Origin: Vulcanimicrobiales bacterium
GTDB lineage: Bacteria; Vulcanimicrobiota; Vulcanimicrobiia; Vulcanimicrobiales; Vulcanimicrobiaceae
DNA: 64,000 nt
NCBI GenBank assembly: GCA_038231455.1
Contig: JBBRLI010000001.1
Span: 256,001-320,000, forward strand
Reading direction: 5' to 3'
A program made the translations under genes and the position numbers. Below, one piece after another: positions 8,785-17,056 of the stretch. The stretch's first letter is position 1. Every line of letters starts with the position of its first letter. The notes below the pieces were generated by a model. The model was not told where the DNA came from, made no database searches, and worked only from the letters and a program-made list of their open reading frames with translations.

Positions 8785-10427
8785 TAAATCGAGTACTCCC
8801 ACGGATTCCAGAAAAGCGAGATAACGGGGGAATTAGTAAAGCCTTTGAGATCGCTGTTGTAGACGACGGGTTCTTGGCGGAAAAAGAGCACGATCGTCGG
8901 CACTTCGGATGCCAATCGTTCCTGTACCGTATAGTAGTCGGCTTTACGCTTCGCAAAATCAACCGTCGTGAGCGCGTCGTTCATCGCTTTGGTCGCGGCC
9001 GCGTCTTTCCACATGAGGGCGTTCTGACCGCCCGGCGCGAGATTGTCGGCCGAGTAGATCGCGCTATCGTCTGGATCGGCCGCCGCCGTCCACGCAAACT
9101 CAGCCACATCGTAGTGCCCGCCCTGGAGCACGCCGATTTTCGTATTGTCGAAAAAGAGCGAGGTCGGGGCGTTTTTCACGACCGCCTCGGCGCCGACGTC
9201 ATGCCAGTACCGTTGGACGATTTCTTCGATCCGCAGCCCAAGCGTACTCTCGTTCTGCGTTTGAATGTTGAATGAGAGACGCGCGCCATCTTTACTGCGG
9301 ATGCCATCGCTCCCGACTTTCCAGCCCGCAGCATCGAGCATCGTGCGCGCCTTGGCCGCATCGTACGGATAGGTGACGACGTTCGGATTGTAGGCCTTGC
9401 CGATCGTCGGGGACTCATCAGCCGGCGCGAGTTCACCGAGTCCGTGATAGAGCTTCTCGAGAAGGGCTTTGCGATCGATCGCATAGGCGAGCGCGCGGCG
9501 CACGTTGATATCGTTGAACGGTTTGCGCGTCAGATTAAAATCGAGATGGTCGTAGGTGTAGATTTGCGGATGCACCGCGATCGTTCCCGGTATGCTCTTG
9601 TATTGGTCCCACAGGACCCCGCTCCCGTGGACGGCCATGTCGATCTCGTGCGTGCGGAGCTGCGTGAGCATCGTGTTCTCATCGGGCATGATCGAGAAGA
9701 TCACTTGGTTGAGTTTTGGCTTGCCGAGATAGAAGTCGGGATTTGCTTCCATGCGGATCGACGAGCCACGCTGCCACGACACGAACTTGAAAGGTCCACT
9801 TCCGATGGGTGCCGACTGATAGGGCGCGTTGTTGAACGAGCCTTTGTCGTCGTTGAACTTCGCGAGCAGATGTTCGGGTACGATGACTGCGTTACCGTTG
9901 ACGCCGAAGATTTGCTGCAGATACGGCGCGTAGATTTTTTTCAAGTGAATCACGGCGACGTGCGGATCGGAGTAGTCGATCGACGCAATGTCCTTATAGC
10001 CGTCCGTTGTAATGACATTGTTGTGCGGATTCATCACGCACTTCCAAGTAAACCAAAGGTCCTTGCTCGTCATCGGCACGCCGTCGTGCCACTTGATGTT
10101 CTCGCGCAATTTGTACTTGAGCGTCAACCCGTCTTTGCTCACATCACCGTTCTCGATCGTCGGAATTTCAAGGAGAGCGTCGGGTATGGGTTCGGCCTTG
10201 TCGTTATACCGTACGGCGTAAGAAAATAAAAACATCGAAAGGTCGCCGACGACCGCACTCGATGCGAGCATCGGATTGAGGCCGCGGGGATCTTGATTTT
10301 CGGCGTACCGCAAAACGCCCGGCTGCGTCCAGCTATTCCCGCGCGTCGCCTGTGCGGTCGAGTCGACGCGCGAGCAAGCTCCCAGAAGCGCTGCACAAAG
10401 AGACGCCGCGAGCCAACGATTCATCAT
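8784..10427 (-). CDS. Family-5 ABC solute-binding lipoprotein
   Basis: Lipobox LLGAC, KWHDGVPMTSKD, PIGSGPFKF, VRRALAYAIDR. Confidence 0.9.
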   Translation of the reverse strand: MMNRWLAASLCAALLGACSRVDSTAQATRGNSWTQPGVLRYAENQDPRGLNPMLASSAVVGDLSMFLFSYAVRYNDKAEPIPDALLEIPTIENGDVSKDGLTLKYKLRENIKWHDGVPMTSKDLWFTWKCVMNPHNNVITTDGYKDIASIDYSDPHVAVIHLKKIYAPYLQQIFGVNGNAVIVPEHLLAKFNDDKGSFNNAPYQSAPIGSGPFKFVSWQRGSSIRMEANPDFYLGKPKLNQVIFSIMPDENTMLTQLRTHEIDMAVHGSGVLWDQYKSIPGTIAVHPQIYTYDHLDFNLTRKPFNDINVRRALAYAIDRKALLEKLYHGLGELAPADESPTIGKAYNPNVVTYPYDAAKARTMLDAAGWKVGSDGIRSKDGARLSFNIQTQNESTLGLRIEEIVQRYWHDVGAEAVVKNAPTSLFFDNTKIGVLQGGHYDVAEFAWTAAADPDDSAIYSADNLAPGGQNALMWKDAAATKAMNDALTTVDFAKRKADYYTVQERLASEVPTIVLFFRQEPVVYNSDLKGFTNSPVISLFWNPWEYSI

Positions 10428-10458
10428 CCGGGCCGCTTCACCGCGGACCGTGGTGGAC

Positions 10459-11592
10459 CTACGGGCGCATCGCCTCGGGGTCGATGCCGTTTGCCTCACA
10501 GTACGCGCGATACGCGACCGGCGAGATCTCCGAGGGTTTGATCTCCGAACGTCCGCCCCAGAACACGTTGGTATAGGGAAGTTCGAAACCCGCTTCGCGC
10601 AGATGATCGTCGATTGCGGCTTTGTGCGCGAGCACGACGTCTTTATCCGTGCCATGGGCAACGCCCATGATATTGACGTTGCGGAACTCCGGTCCGCCTT
10701 CCCGCCAATAGGCGTGCGTCATGATGTGGTGACGTCCCACTTCGCGGCCCGCTTCGATCTCGCGACCTACGGGGACTTGCCAGTGAAAGAGCGCGTTGTA
10801 GCGGGTGACTTGCTGATTGCCCGCCGTCGGTTTGACGTGTTCGAGAAAGGTCGAGAAACGGCCGATCACTTTGCGCGCCGAGAGCGCGGTTGCGACCCGC
10901 TCGAACTCTTCGAGTGAGACACCGGCTTCTGCCGCGCGACCACGCCAGACATCGCGCACAATTTCTTTGGGCTCAAATTCACGCTTGAGCGCGGTAAGCA
11001 CGCGCCATTCAAGTTCGTCAAGCTCGACGATGTTGGTATCGATCACCTCGGCGAGCACCTCAGCGCGGCTGCCGGGTTCCATGCCGCGACGCCGCACGTG
11101 GCCGACGCCGAGCGCAAAGAGTCGCTTTGCGGGCATTAGGCGGAACGCTTCTGCGCCAATGCGTTCGCGCAGATATTCGGCATGTTTCTCAATCGAGTAG
11201 CCCTGTGGAACTTTGAGTGTCGTCCACAGGCGATATTGCGAACCGGGCGTGGCGGAGTCCGTCGTGCGGATCACGACGTGACCCGAGAACGGATCGTTCT
11301 TGAAGAGATCTTCAAAGGCCGGCTGCAACTTCTCTTGCGGAATCTGCCATGCGACGAGCGCGCCTTTTGCAAGGTTCGTCGCCATGAGCGTCTGACGTAC
11401 GCGGCGGATGACGCCCGCCTCGAGCATCGCGAGCACGCGTTCGAGCACCGTCTCGACGGCGATTCCCGATTGCTCGGCCACGGCCCCAAAGGGGTCCAGC
11501 TGGAAGCCCTGGAGACGATCCTCGGACACGGCGAGGATCGCGGCGTTCGTGGGATCGTCGATCCAGGTCGGAAGCGCAGAAGTCGTACTCAT
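10459..11592 (-). CDS. Tandem Lrp/AsnC-like protein, probable fused siroheme decarboxylase (AhbAB/NirDL-like)
   Basis: Two HTH+RAM-like repeats (PF..VAE..G...VL....GVIRR; NALFHWQV), with THAYWR in the second repeat. Confidence 0.65.
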   Translation of the reverse strand: MSTTSALPTWIDDPTNAAILAVSEDRLQGFQLDPFGAVAEQSGIAVETVLERVLAMLEAGVIRRVRQTLMATNLAKGALVAWQIPQEKLQPAFEDLFKNDPFSGHVVIRTTDSATPGSQYRLWTTLKVPQGYSIEKHAEYLRERIGAEAFRLMPAKRLFALGVGHVRRRGMEPGSRAEVLAEVIDTNIVELDELEWRVLTALKREFEPKEIVRDVWRGRAAEAGVSLEEFERVATALSARKVIGRFSTFLEHVKPTAGNQQVTRYNALFHWQVPVGREIEAGREVGRHHIMTHAYWREGGPEFRNVNIMGVAHGTDKDVVLAHKAAIDDHLREAGFELPYTNVFWGGRSEIKPSEISPVAYRAYCEANGIDPEAMRP

Positions 11593-11651
11593 GGGATAAC
11601 CCTACGACGCGACCCCTTGCAACTCCGTGACTTGCGTCTCGGAAACGCGAA

Positions 11652-11673
11652 CGGCCCGCATTTCTGCGAGCCG
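11652..11673 (-). terminator. Hairpin after tolC, possible weak terminator
   Basis: Minus strand CGGCTCGCA-GAAA-TGCGGGCCG followed by a poor U-tract. Confidence 0.35.
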
Positions 11674-11703
11674 CTCGAACCGGACTGGGACCCGGAGGTC
11701 GAA

Positions 11704-13224
11704 CTACAACGCGGCGTTGGAGCCTTCGGCGAATAAGAACGCCTGCTCGGCCTGACGCAGCGAATACACGGCCGTCACCTGATCGGTAAGCGCCGTGGTC
11801 AAGCCGACCTGTGCGTTGAGCAAGAGCGGCAAGGTCGTTACGCCGGCGCGATATTGCGCTTGTGTCGAACGCAGAACTTCTTGCGCTTTGGTGAGCTCGG
11901 CGTTGGCCTGATCGAGTCCGGCACGTGCCGTGATCAGCGAGACCAGCGCTTGTTTGACGTTGAGCTGGATCCCGAGACGCGCATTATCGAGGATCGCATT
12001 GTTCCGGTCGACCGCTGCCTGCGCTTGCTGTGTCTGTGCCGCCGTAACGCCTTGGTCGAAGATCGGGATCGAAAGCGAGACGCCGATCGATGAGTTATTC
12101 CGGAACGTACCGCCGGTCGTATCCGTGGAAGCGACGTTCTGTCCAACGGTTCCATTGAGCGTTGGGAACAAGCCCAGTTTCGCCGCCCGGAGTGATGCGA
12201 TCGTCGAGTCGCGCGTATACTGCGCGGCCGCGTAATCGGGGCGGAGTGCAAGCGCACGCGTGACCGCTTGCGCGTAGGTCGGTGTTGCGATCGTGGAAAT
12301 CGCCGACGTGCTCGTGAGCACGGGCGTATCGTCGATCGGGGTCACCGCCGTACCGGCGTCGAGTCCCATCGAATTGGCAAACGCTGCCTGCTGTTGAAGT
12401 TCCGTACCCTGCGCGCGCACGAGTGCGAGCCGCGCTTGCGCGGTCGGCAATTGCGCGGTCGAGATGTCTGCACGAGCCGCAGCGCCGGCGCGGAATTGCG
12501 CGACGACGAGATTCTCTTGCGTTTGATTCAACTTGACGGTTTCCACGGCGACCGCCGTCGCGCGTTTCGCTGCGAGATAGTTGTAATAGGCCGTTGCGAC
12601 ATTGAACGCGACGGTTTGCAGTTGCCGCTTGTAGGTTTGGAGCGTCGCGTTCTGCGTTGCTTGCGCGGCGTGATACTGTGCGGAGATCTTGCCCCCGTCG
12701 AAAATCAATTGGCGCAACTGCAACGAGCCGACGTTGCTCGTCGTATCGGCGGTGAAGCTGCCGTTCGACCCGGTGTTCGTCGAGCTTCCAGAACCGGAAT
12801 TGCCGGTAGTCGAATTCGCACCCGGTTGACGGTGATTGCGTGAGGTGCTCAGCGTTCCCGAGACGTTTGGGAGCACGGCGCTCCGCGCGAGCTTCACGGG
12901 CGCCTCGGCACTGAGGATATCGGCGCGCGCCGACGCCAGGAGCGGCGCCTTCGCAAAGCCGATTGCCACGGCTTGATCGAGCGTGATGTTATCCGGAACG
13001 CCCGGCGCTGCGACGCCGAGCAAATCGGCCGGCGCGGGCGTACCATACGCCGGATACGGAAGCGTCGTCGGCGTGTTTGCGGGCGGGAGGCTTGAAAGCG
13101 GCGTGGAGAGCGGTGCCGGCGTTGGGCCCGGCTTGGGCGTGGACTGTGCCGCCGCCGCGACCGGCGCAAATACCGCGACAAGCGCCGCCAGCGCGACGCC
13201 CGTGAGCGCACGTTGAAGTTTCAT
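11704..13224 (-). CDS. TolC family outer-membrane efflux protein
   Basis: ITLDQAV, QLIFDGGK, VATAYYNYL, LSIPIFDQG, YRAGVTTL repeats; signal peptide. Confidence 0.9.
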   Translation of the reverse strand: MKLQRALTGVALAALVAVFAPVAAAAQSTPKPGPTPAPLSTPLSSLPPANTPTTLPYPAYGTPAPADLLGVAAPGVPDNITLDQAVAIGFAKAPLLASARADILSAEAPVKLARSAVLPNVSGTLSTSRNHRQPGANSTTGNSGSGSSTNTGSNGSFTADTTSNVGSLQLRQLIFDGGKISAQYHAAQATQNATLQTYKRQLQTVAFNVATAYYNYLAAKRATAVAVETVKLNQTQENLVVAQFRAGAAARADISTAQLPTAQARLALVRAQGTELQQQAAFANSMGLDAGTAVTPIDDTPVLTSTSAISTIATPTYAQAVTRALALRPDYAAAQYTRDSTIASLRAAKLGLFPTLNGTVGQNVASTDTTGGTFRNNSSIGVSLSIPIFDQGVTAAQTQQAQAAVDRNNAILDNARLGIQLNVKQALVSLITARAGLDQANAELTKAQEVLRSTQAQYRAGVTTLPLLLNAQVGLTTALTDQVTAVYSLRQAEQAFLFAEGSNAAL

Positions 13225-13232
13225 AACGATCC

Positions 13233-14705
13233 TTACTGGGCGCTGCCGCCGGGAGATTTGCGGCCGCCTGCGCGACCGCCGGGAGGTGCGGCGCTCATCG
13301 CTACGGGGCTCTTGTCTTGCAGCGCATCGGGACGCGTCGTGATGACGAGTGTCCCCGGCGTGATGTCGACCGACTGAACTTCGGCGAGCGTATCGGTCTG
13401 GAGCCCGAGTTTGACCGGCACGACTTTCGCCGCCTTGATCACGACCGGTGCTGCCGCAGGACCGGGACCGCCTGCGCCTTTGGGCGCGCCGCCGGCGCCC
13501 GCCGGAGGCGCACCGCCGCCCGCACCGGCCGGGGGTGCCGGCGGATCGACGACGGTGAAGACGTTGGCACCTTGATCGGTCTGAAACACCGCAGTGCGCG
13601 GCACGACGATCGTGTTCTTATGCATCGCTTTGCGAACGTTCACGCTAACGAGCATCCCGCCGCGGAGCACTTGACCGGGGTTCGCATATTTGATTCGGGC
13701 GCGATACGAGAGCGTGCCTTGCGTCGGGGTCGCGTTCACGTCGAAGACCGAACCGTTGAACGTTCTGCCCGGAGCGCTCGAGGTCGTAAACGTGACTTGG
13801 GTTCCCGGATGGATGTACGCTAAGTTGTCGTCGGGTACGTTCACATTTATGTAAACCGTATCGATTTGCGAAACGCGCACCACGGGCGAACTCGGTGCGG
13901 CAAACGCACCGGGGTCAAGCAGACGTGCCGTAACGACGCCGTCGAACGGAGCGACGATCGATGTTTGGGCGATCTGTGTTTGGAGTAATTGCACCGATGC
14001 ACGCGCTTGGTCGAGCGAACCGCGATCTGCATTGATTTGCTCCGTTGCAATCTGCGGTTGGGTCATGCCTTGCTGGGCGCTCCTGAGCGCGTATTCGGTT
14101 TGACGCTGCGACTCTTTGGCATTCGCCAAGCCCTGCTGTGCGGCGACGTACGTGCTGCGTGCCTGCTCGAACTGGGTCTTCGACACATAGCCCTGGTCGA
14201 GCAGCGACTTGTTGCTGTTGAACGTGAGCGTCGCGGAATCGAGCGCTGCCTGGGCGCTGATGACCGCGTTGTTGGCGGCCATTCGCTGTTGCTGTGCACC
14301 GGCAAGCAATGACTGAGACTGGGCGCTTGCGATCGGGCGTTGCAACGTCGATGAGCCGAGTTTGGCCGTCGCCTGCGCGACGATCGCCTGGTTTTGCGCG
14401 AGTTGCGCCCGCAGTGTGGCATCGTCGAGCTTCGCGACGACCTGGCCGCGCGAGACGCGCTGACCTTCGTTCACATAGACCGCCGTCACGACCCCGGACT
14501 GCGGCGTCGAGAGCGTCGACTCTTGAAGCGGCGCGACTTGGCCGTCGAGTGCAACGTATGTGGCGATATCGCCTCGCTGCGCCGTTGCGACGTCGACCGC
14601 AAGCGGCGGGGGACCGCCACGTTGCGGCCCGCCTTTCGGCCCGCATGCGGTCATCCCGAGCGCGAAGCTCGACGCAAGAAATAGCGCTCCTAGTCGGCGT
14701 CCCAT
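13233..14705 (-). CDS. RND-type periplasmic adaptor (MFP) lipoprotein
   Basis: Lipobox MTAC, SGVVTAVYVNEGQRV..GQVVAKLD, IVAPFDGVV, long coiled coil; AGGAG RBS. Confidence 0.9.
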   Translation of the reverse strand: MGRRLGALFLASSFALGMTACGPKGGPQRGGPPPLAVDVATAQRGDIATYVALDGQVAPLQESTLSTPQSGVVTAVYVNEGQRVSRGQVVAKLDDATLRAQLAQNQAIVAQATAKLGSSTLQRPIASAQSQSLLAGAQQQRMAANNAVISAQAALDSATLTFNSNKSLLDQGYVSKTQFEQARSTYVAAQQGLANAKESQRQTEYALRSAQQGMTQPQIATEQINADRGSLDQARASVQLLQTQIAQTSIVAPFDGVVTARLLDPGAFAAPSSPVVRVSQIDTVYINVNVPDDNLAYIHPGTQVTFTTSSAPGRTFNGSVFDVNATPTQGTLSYRARIKYANPGQVLRGGMLVSVNVRKAMHKNTIVVPRTAVFQTDQGANVFTVVDPPAPPAGAGGGAPPAGAGGAPKGAGGPGPAAAPVVIKAAKVVPVKLGLQTDTLAEVQSVDITPGTLVITTRPDALQDKSPVAMSAAPPGGRAGGRKSPGGSAQ

Positions 14706-14848
14706 GTCTCTCCTAAAAAAAAGCGGTCGGCGAGCCGTCGGCTCCCCCTGCCATTACACCCGGCAACCGCCAAATGATTCACTCGGTTGCCTGAGATCGG
14801 CCTTAGAAGCGGGAGGGTCGTTGATGTCGTGCGTATTCACGCTGAGCT

Positions 14849-15247
14849 ATGCGCGCCAAACTCGAGGTCGGTCGTTCCTATCAGAGTCAGACCCGTGTCG
14901 AAGAGTGGATGACCGCCGAGAAGGCCGGCAATAAAGGTGTCGATACGCTATCGACACCGATGCTCGTGCAATTCGTCGAAGACGCCGCGATGCAGTGCGT
15001 CGCGCCGACGCTCGCCGACGGCGAAATCTCCCTTGCAACACACATCGACCTTGCTCACCTTGCCGCAACCCCCGTGGGTCTCATCATCCGCACCGAGGTC
15101 GAAGTCATCGCAATCGACGGCAAACGCGTCGAATTTGCGTTCAACGCCTTCGACGAACGCGAGAAGGTCGCCGAAGGAACGCACGAGCGCTACCTCACCG
15201 ACCGTGGCGCCTTCCTCAGCCGCCTCGAAGAAAAACTCGCGACCTAG
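14849..15247 (+). CDS. Hot-dog thioesterase (fluoroacetyl-CoA thioesterase FlK-like)
   Basis: LSTPMLV..VEDAA, HLAATPVG, EGTHER motifs. Confidence 0.85.
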   Translation: MRAKLEVGRSYQSQTRVEEWMTAEKAGNKGVDTLSTPMLVQFVEDAAMQCVAPTLADGEISLATHIDLAHLAATPVGLIIRTEVEVIAIDGKRVEFAFNAFDEREKVAEGTHERYLTDRGAFLSRLEEKLAT

Positions 15248-16722
15248 CCGCGCAGGTCGACTGCTGCAAGCGCGCGCGCGGCAGCAACGCCGCTGAGCGA
15301 TGCACCCACGGTGCTCTGGCCCGGGAACACCGTATCGCCGGCGAGCACGAGACCGTCAATACCGCTTGCATGCGAGAGCGCGCGCAGATTCGCCGTCGCG
15401 GAAACCTGGGGCGTGCCGCCGACCAGACCCCGTAACCGTCCCGTATACCGTTCGAATGTCTGCGGTGTCGCAAGTTCGATCGTCGTTGCGCGTTGCCAGG
15501 CACCCGGGACGACGCGCTCGAGTGCAGCGCGCAACCGCTCGCCGTACTCGTTCCGACGTTCCTTATATGTGCCGTCCGCAAACGCGCGCTCCCACCGCGC
15601 GACGTCGGTATGCGTGGAGATCGTGATCGCTCGGCCGCCGTCGCGGGCGCGGCGCGTTTCATGCGGAGCCGAAAACGAAAAGAACGTGGTGTTCCCCTCA
15701 CCCATCGGCCGGTCGTAGTCGGCGAGCAGTTGATGGTGCAGCGGGCAATCGTCCGGAACGACGCCCGCCGGAACGCCAACGTAGGCCATGAACGCACCCC
15801 AGCGCTGCGTCAGCGCCGGAACGCGTTCGAGCGCAGGCGCTTCGGGCGCGCCTAAGAGCGCGCGGACATTTTGCACGGGAAGTGCGGCGACGACAGCCGG
15901 CGCGTTCACCTGCGAACCGTCCGCAAGTTCGACACCGCGCACCACGCCTCGCTCGTGCACGATACGAGCGACTGAGGTCCCGTATGCGATCTCTCCGCCG
16001 CCGCGCCGGATCGAACGCGCGAGCGCAATTGCGATACCCGAGACGCCGTCGGCAAGATGGAACGTGCCCTCGCGCGCGATGTCGAGCGCCGTCGACCCGT
16101 AGGCAAGATCGGTTTCGTCCGCATCGGCTTGCGCCGTGATGAGTAACTGCGCGTCGATGAACGCGCGTAGGCGCGCATGAGCGCCAGTCGGGAGAATGGA
16201 TGCGACCGTTCTGCCAAGCGTGAACGCGAGCGGTGCGTGACGCGGGCGGAACGCGTGAGCCAGCGCGCGCACGCCATCAGCTCCCACCGGCAGCATCGGG
16301 AAGCGCGTCGAGAAATCCCACGCTAAATCCGCGACACGCTCCTGTTCGTGCCAAAATGGCTCCGCCGACTCTCCGAAGGCACGGCGGCGCTCGATCGGCC
16401 AGCGTTCATCGCCAAACCGCACGATCGTTTCATCCGGCAGCCGTACGACCATCGCCGGCTCGACGGCCTGGGCTTCGACTTCCGTCCCAAGCAACGCGAA
16501 AATTCGACGGTGGACGCCGCGGCGTCCGAACCCGCTTACAAGCGTCGCGCCTACGTCGAAGCGGTACCCCGCCCGCTGATAGAACGATGCGCAGCCACCG
16601 GGAACGGTGTGGCGCTCGATAACCTGAACCCGCGCCCCGGCCCGGACCAACAGCGCCGCCGCCGTGAGCCCGGCAATACCGGCCCCAACGACGACCACAT
16701 CGGGATCGCGCGCCCGAATCAT
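15244..16722 (-). CDS. Carotenoid desaturase, cyanobacterial-type C-3',4' desaturase (CrtD-like); start uncertain
   Basis: VVVGAGIAGLTAA, PGGCASFY.R.GYRFDVGAT, QADADET.LAYG.TAL, TPQTFERYT.R..GLVGG, GDTVFPG. Confidence 0.75.
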   Translation of the reverse strand: MIRARDPDVVVVGAGIAGLTAAALLVRAGARVQVIERHTVPGGCASFYQRAGYRFDVGATLVSGFGRRGVHRRIFALLGTEVEAQAVEPAMVVRLPDETIVRFGDERWPIERRRAFGESAEPFWHEQERVADLAWDFSTRFPMLPVGADGVRALAHAFRPRHAPLAFTLGRTVASILPTGAHARLRAFIDAQLLITAQADADETDLAYGSTALDIAREGTFHLADGVSGIAIALARSIRRGGGEIAYGTSVARIVHERGVVRGVELADGSQVNAPAVVAALPVQNVRALLGAPEAPALERVPALTQRWGAFMAYVGVPAGVVPDDCPLHHQLLADYDRPMGEGNTTFFSFSAPHETRRARDGGRAITISTHTDVARWERAFADGTYKERRNEYGERLRAALERVVPGAWQRATTIELATPQTFERYTGRLRGLVGGTPQVSATANLRALSHASGIDGLVLAGDTVFPGQSTVGASLSGVAAARALAAVDLRG

Positions 16723-16928
16723 CGAACGAAAACCGGAACCCATGCCAACGTATACACGTTGTAGTGGACCGTGGCGGGTTAAAATCCGTCCCAATGACAA
16801 GCAACGCGGAATCGCTTGCTTGTTTGTGGAACCCCTGAACGCTCGCTGGCGTTCTAGGTTCTAGAGGCGCGCCATGCGCTTGACAAGGTCGCCCCCTCAC
16901 GTGGGCGGTCACGTCAGTGATTAAGAGT

Positions 16929-17014
16929 GGGGCCTGCTGGGTAGAGCCGTCTCGGACAGGTAAGTGAGCTTCGCTCGCTTGCGTGAACTGTACGGTCCCT
17001 CCCGGCACCGTCCC
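16929..17014 (+). promoter_or_regulatory. Long nested stem-loop in the putative 5' leader of the envelope protein gene
   Basis: GGGGC/GTCCC, TGCTGGG/CCCGGCA, GCCGT/ACGGT, ACAG/CTGT, GTAAGTGAGC/GCTCGCTTGC nested pairings with several G-U pairs. Confidence 0.5.
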
Positions 17015-17056
17015 GAACGCCCTTCAAATCACAACACTTTAGCTAGGGAGAATATC

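Noticed and set aside
8784-10661. 625-aa version of the second SBP
   Set aside because: The extension overlaps the Ahb-like gene in another frame; the lipoprotein signal starts at 10427
14762-14791. GGCAACCG/CGGTTGCC inverted repeat between the MFP and thioesterase genes
   Set aside because: Single 8-bp GC-rich stem with a 14-nt loop and no other support; could be chance
16880-16885. TTGACA as sigma70 -35 for the envelope gene
   Set aside because: No recognisable -10 at 16-18 nt spacing
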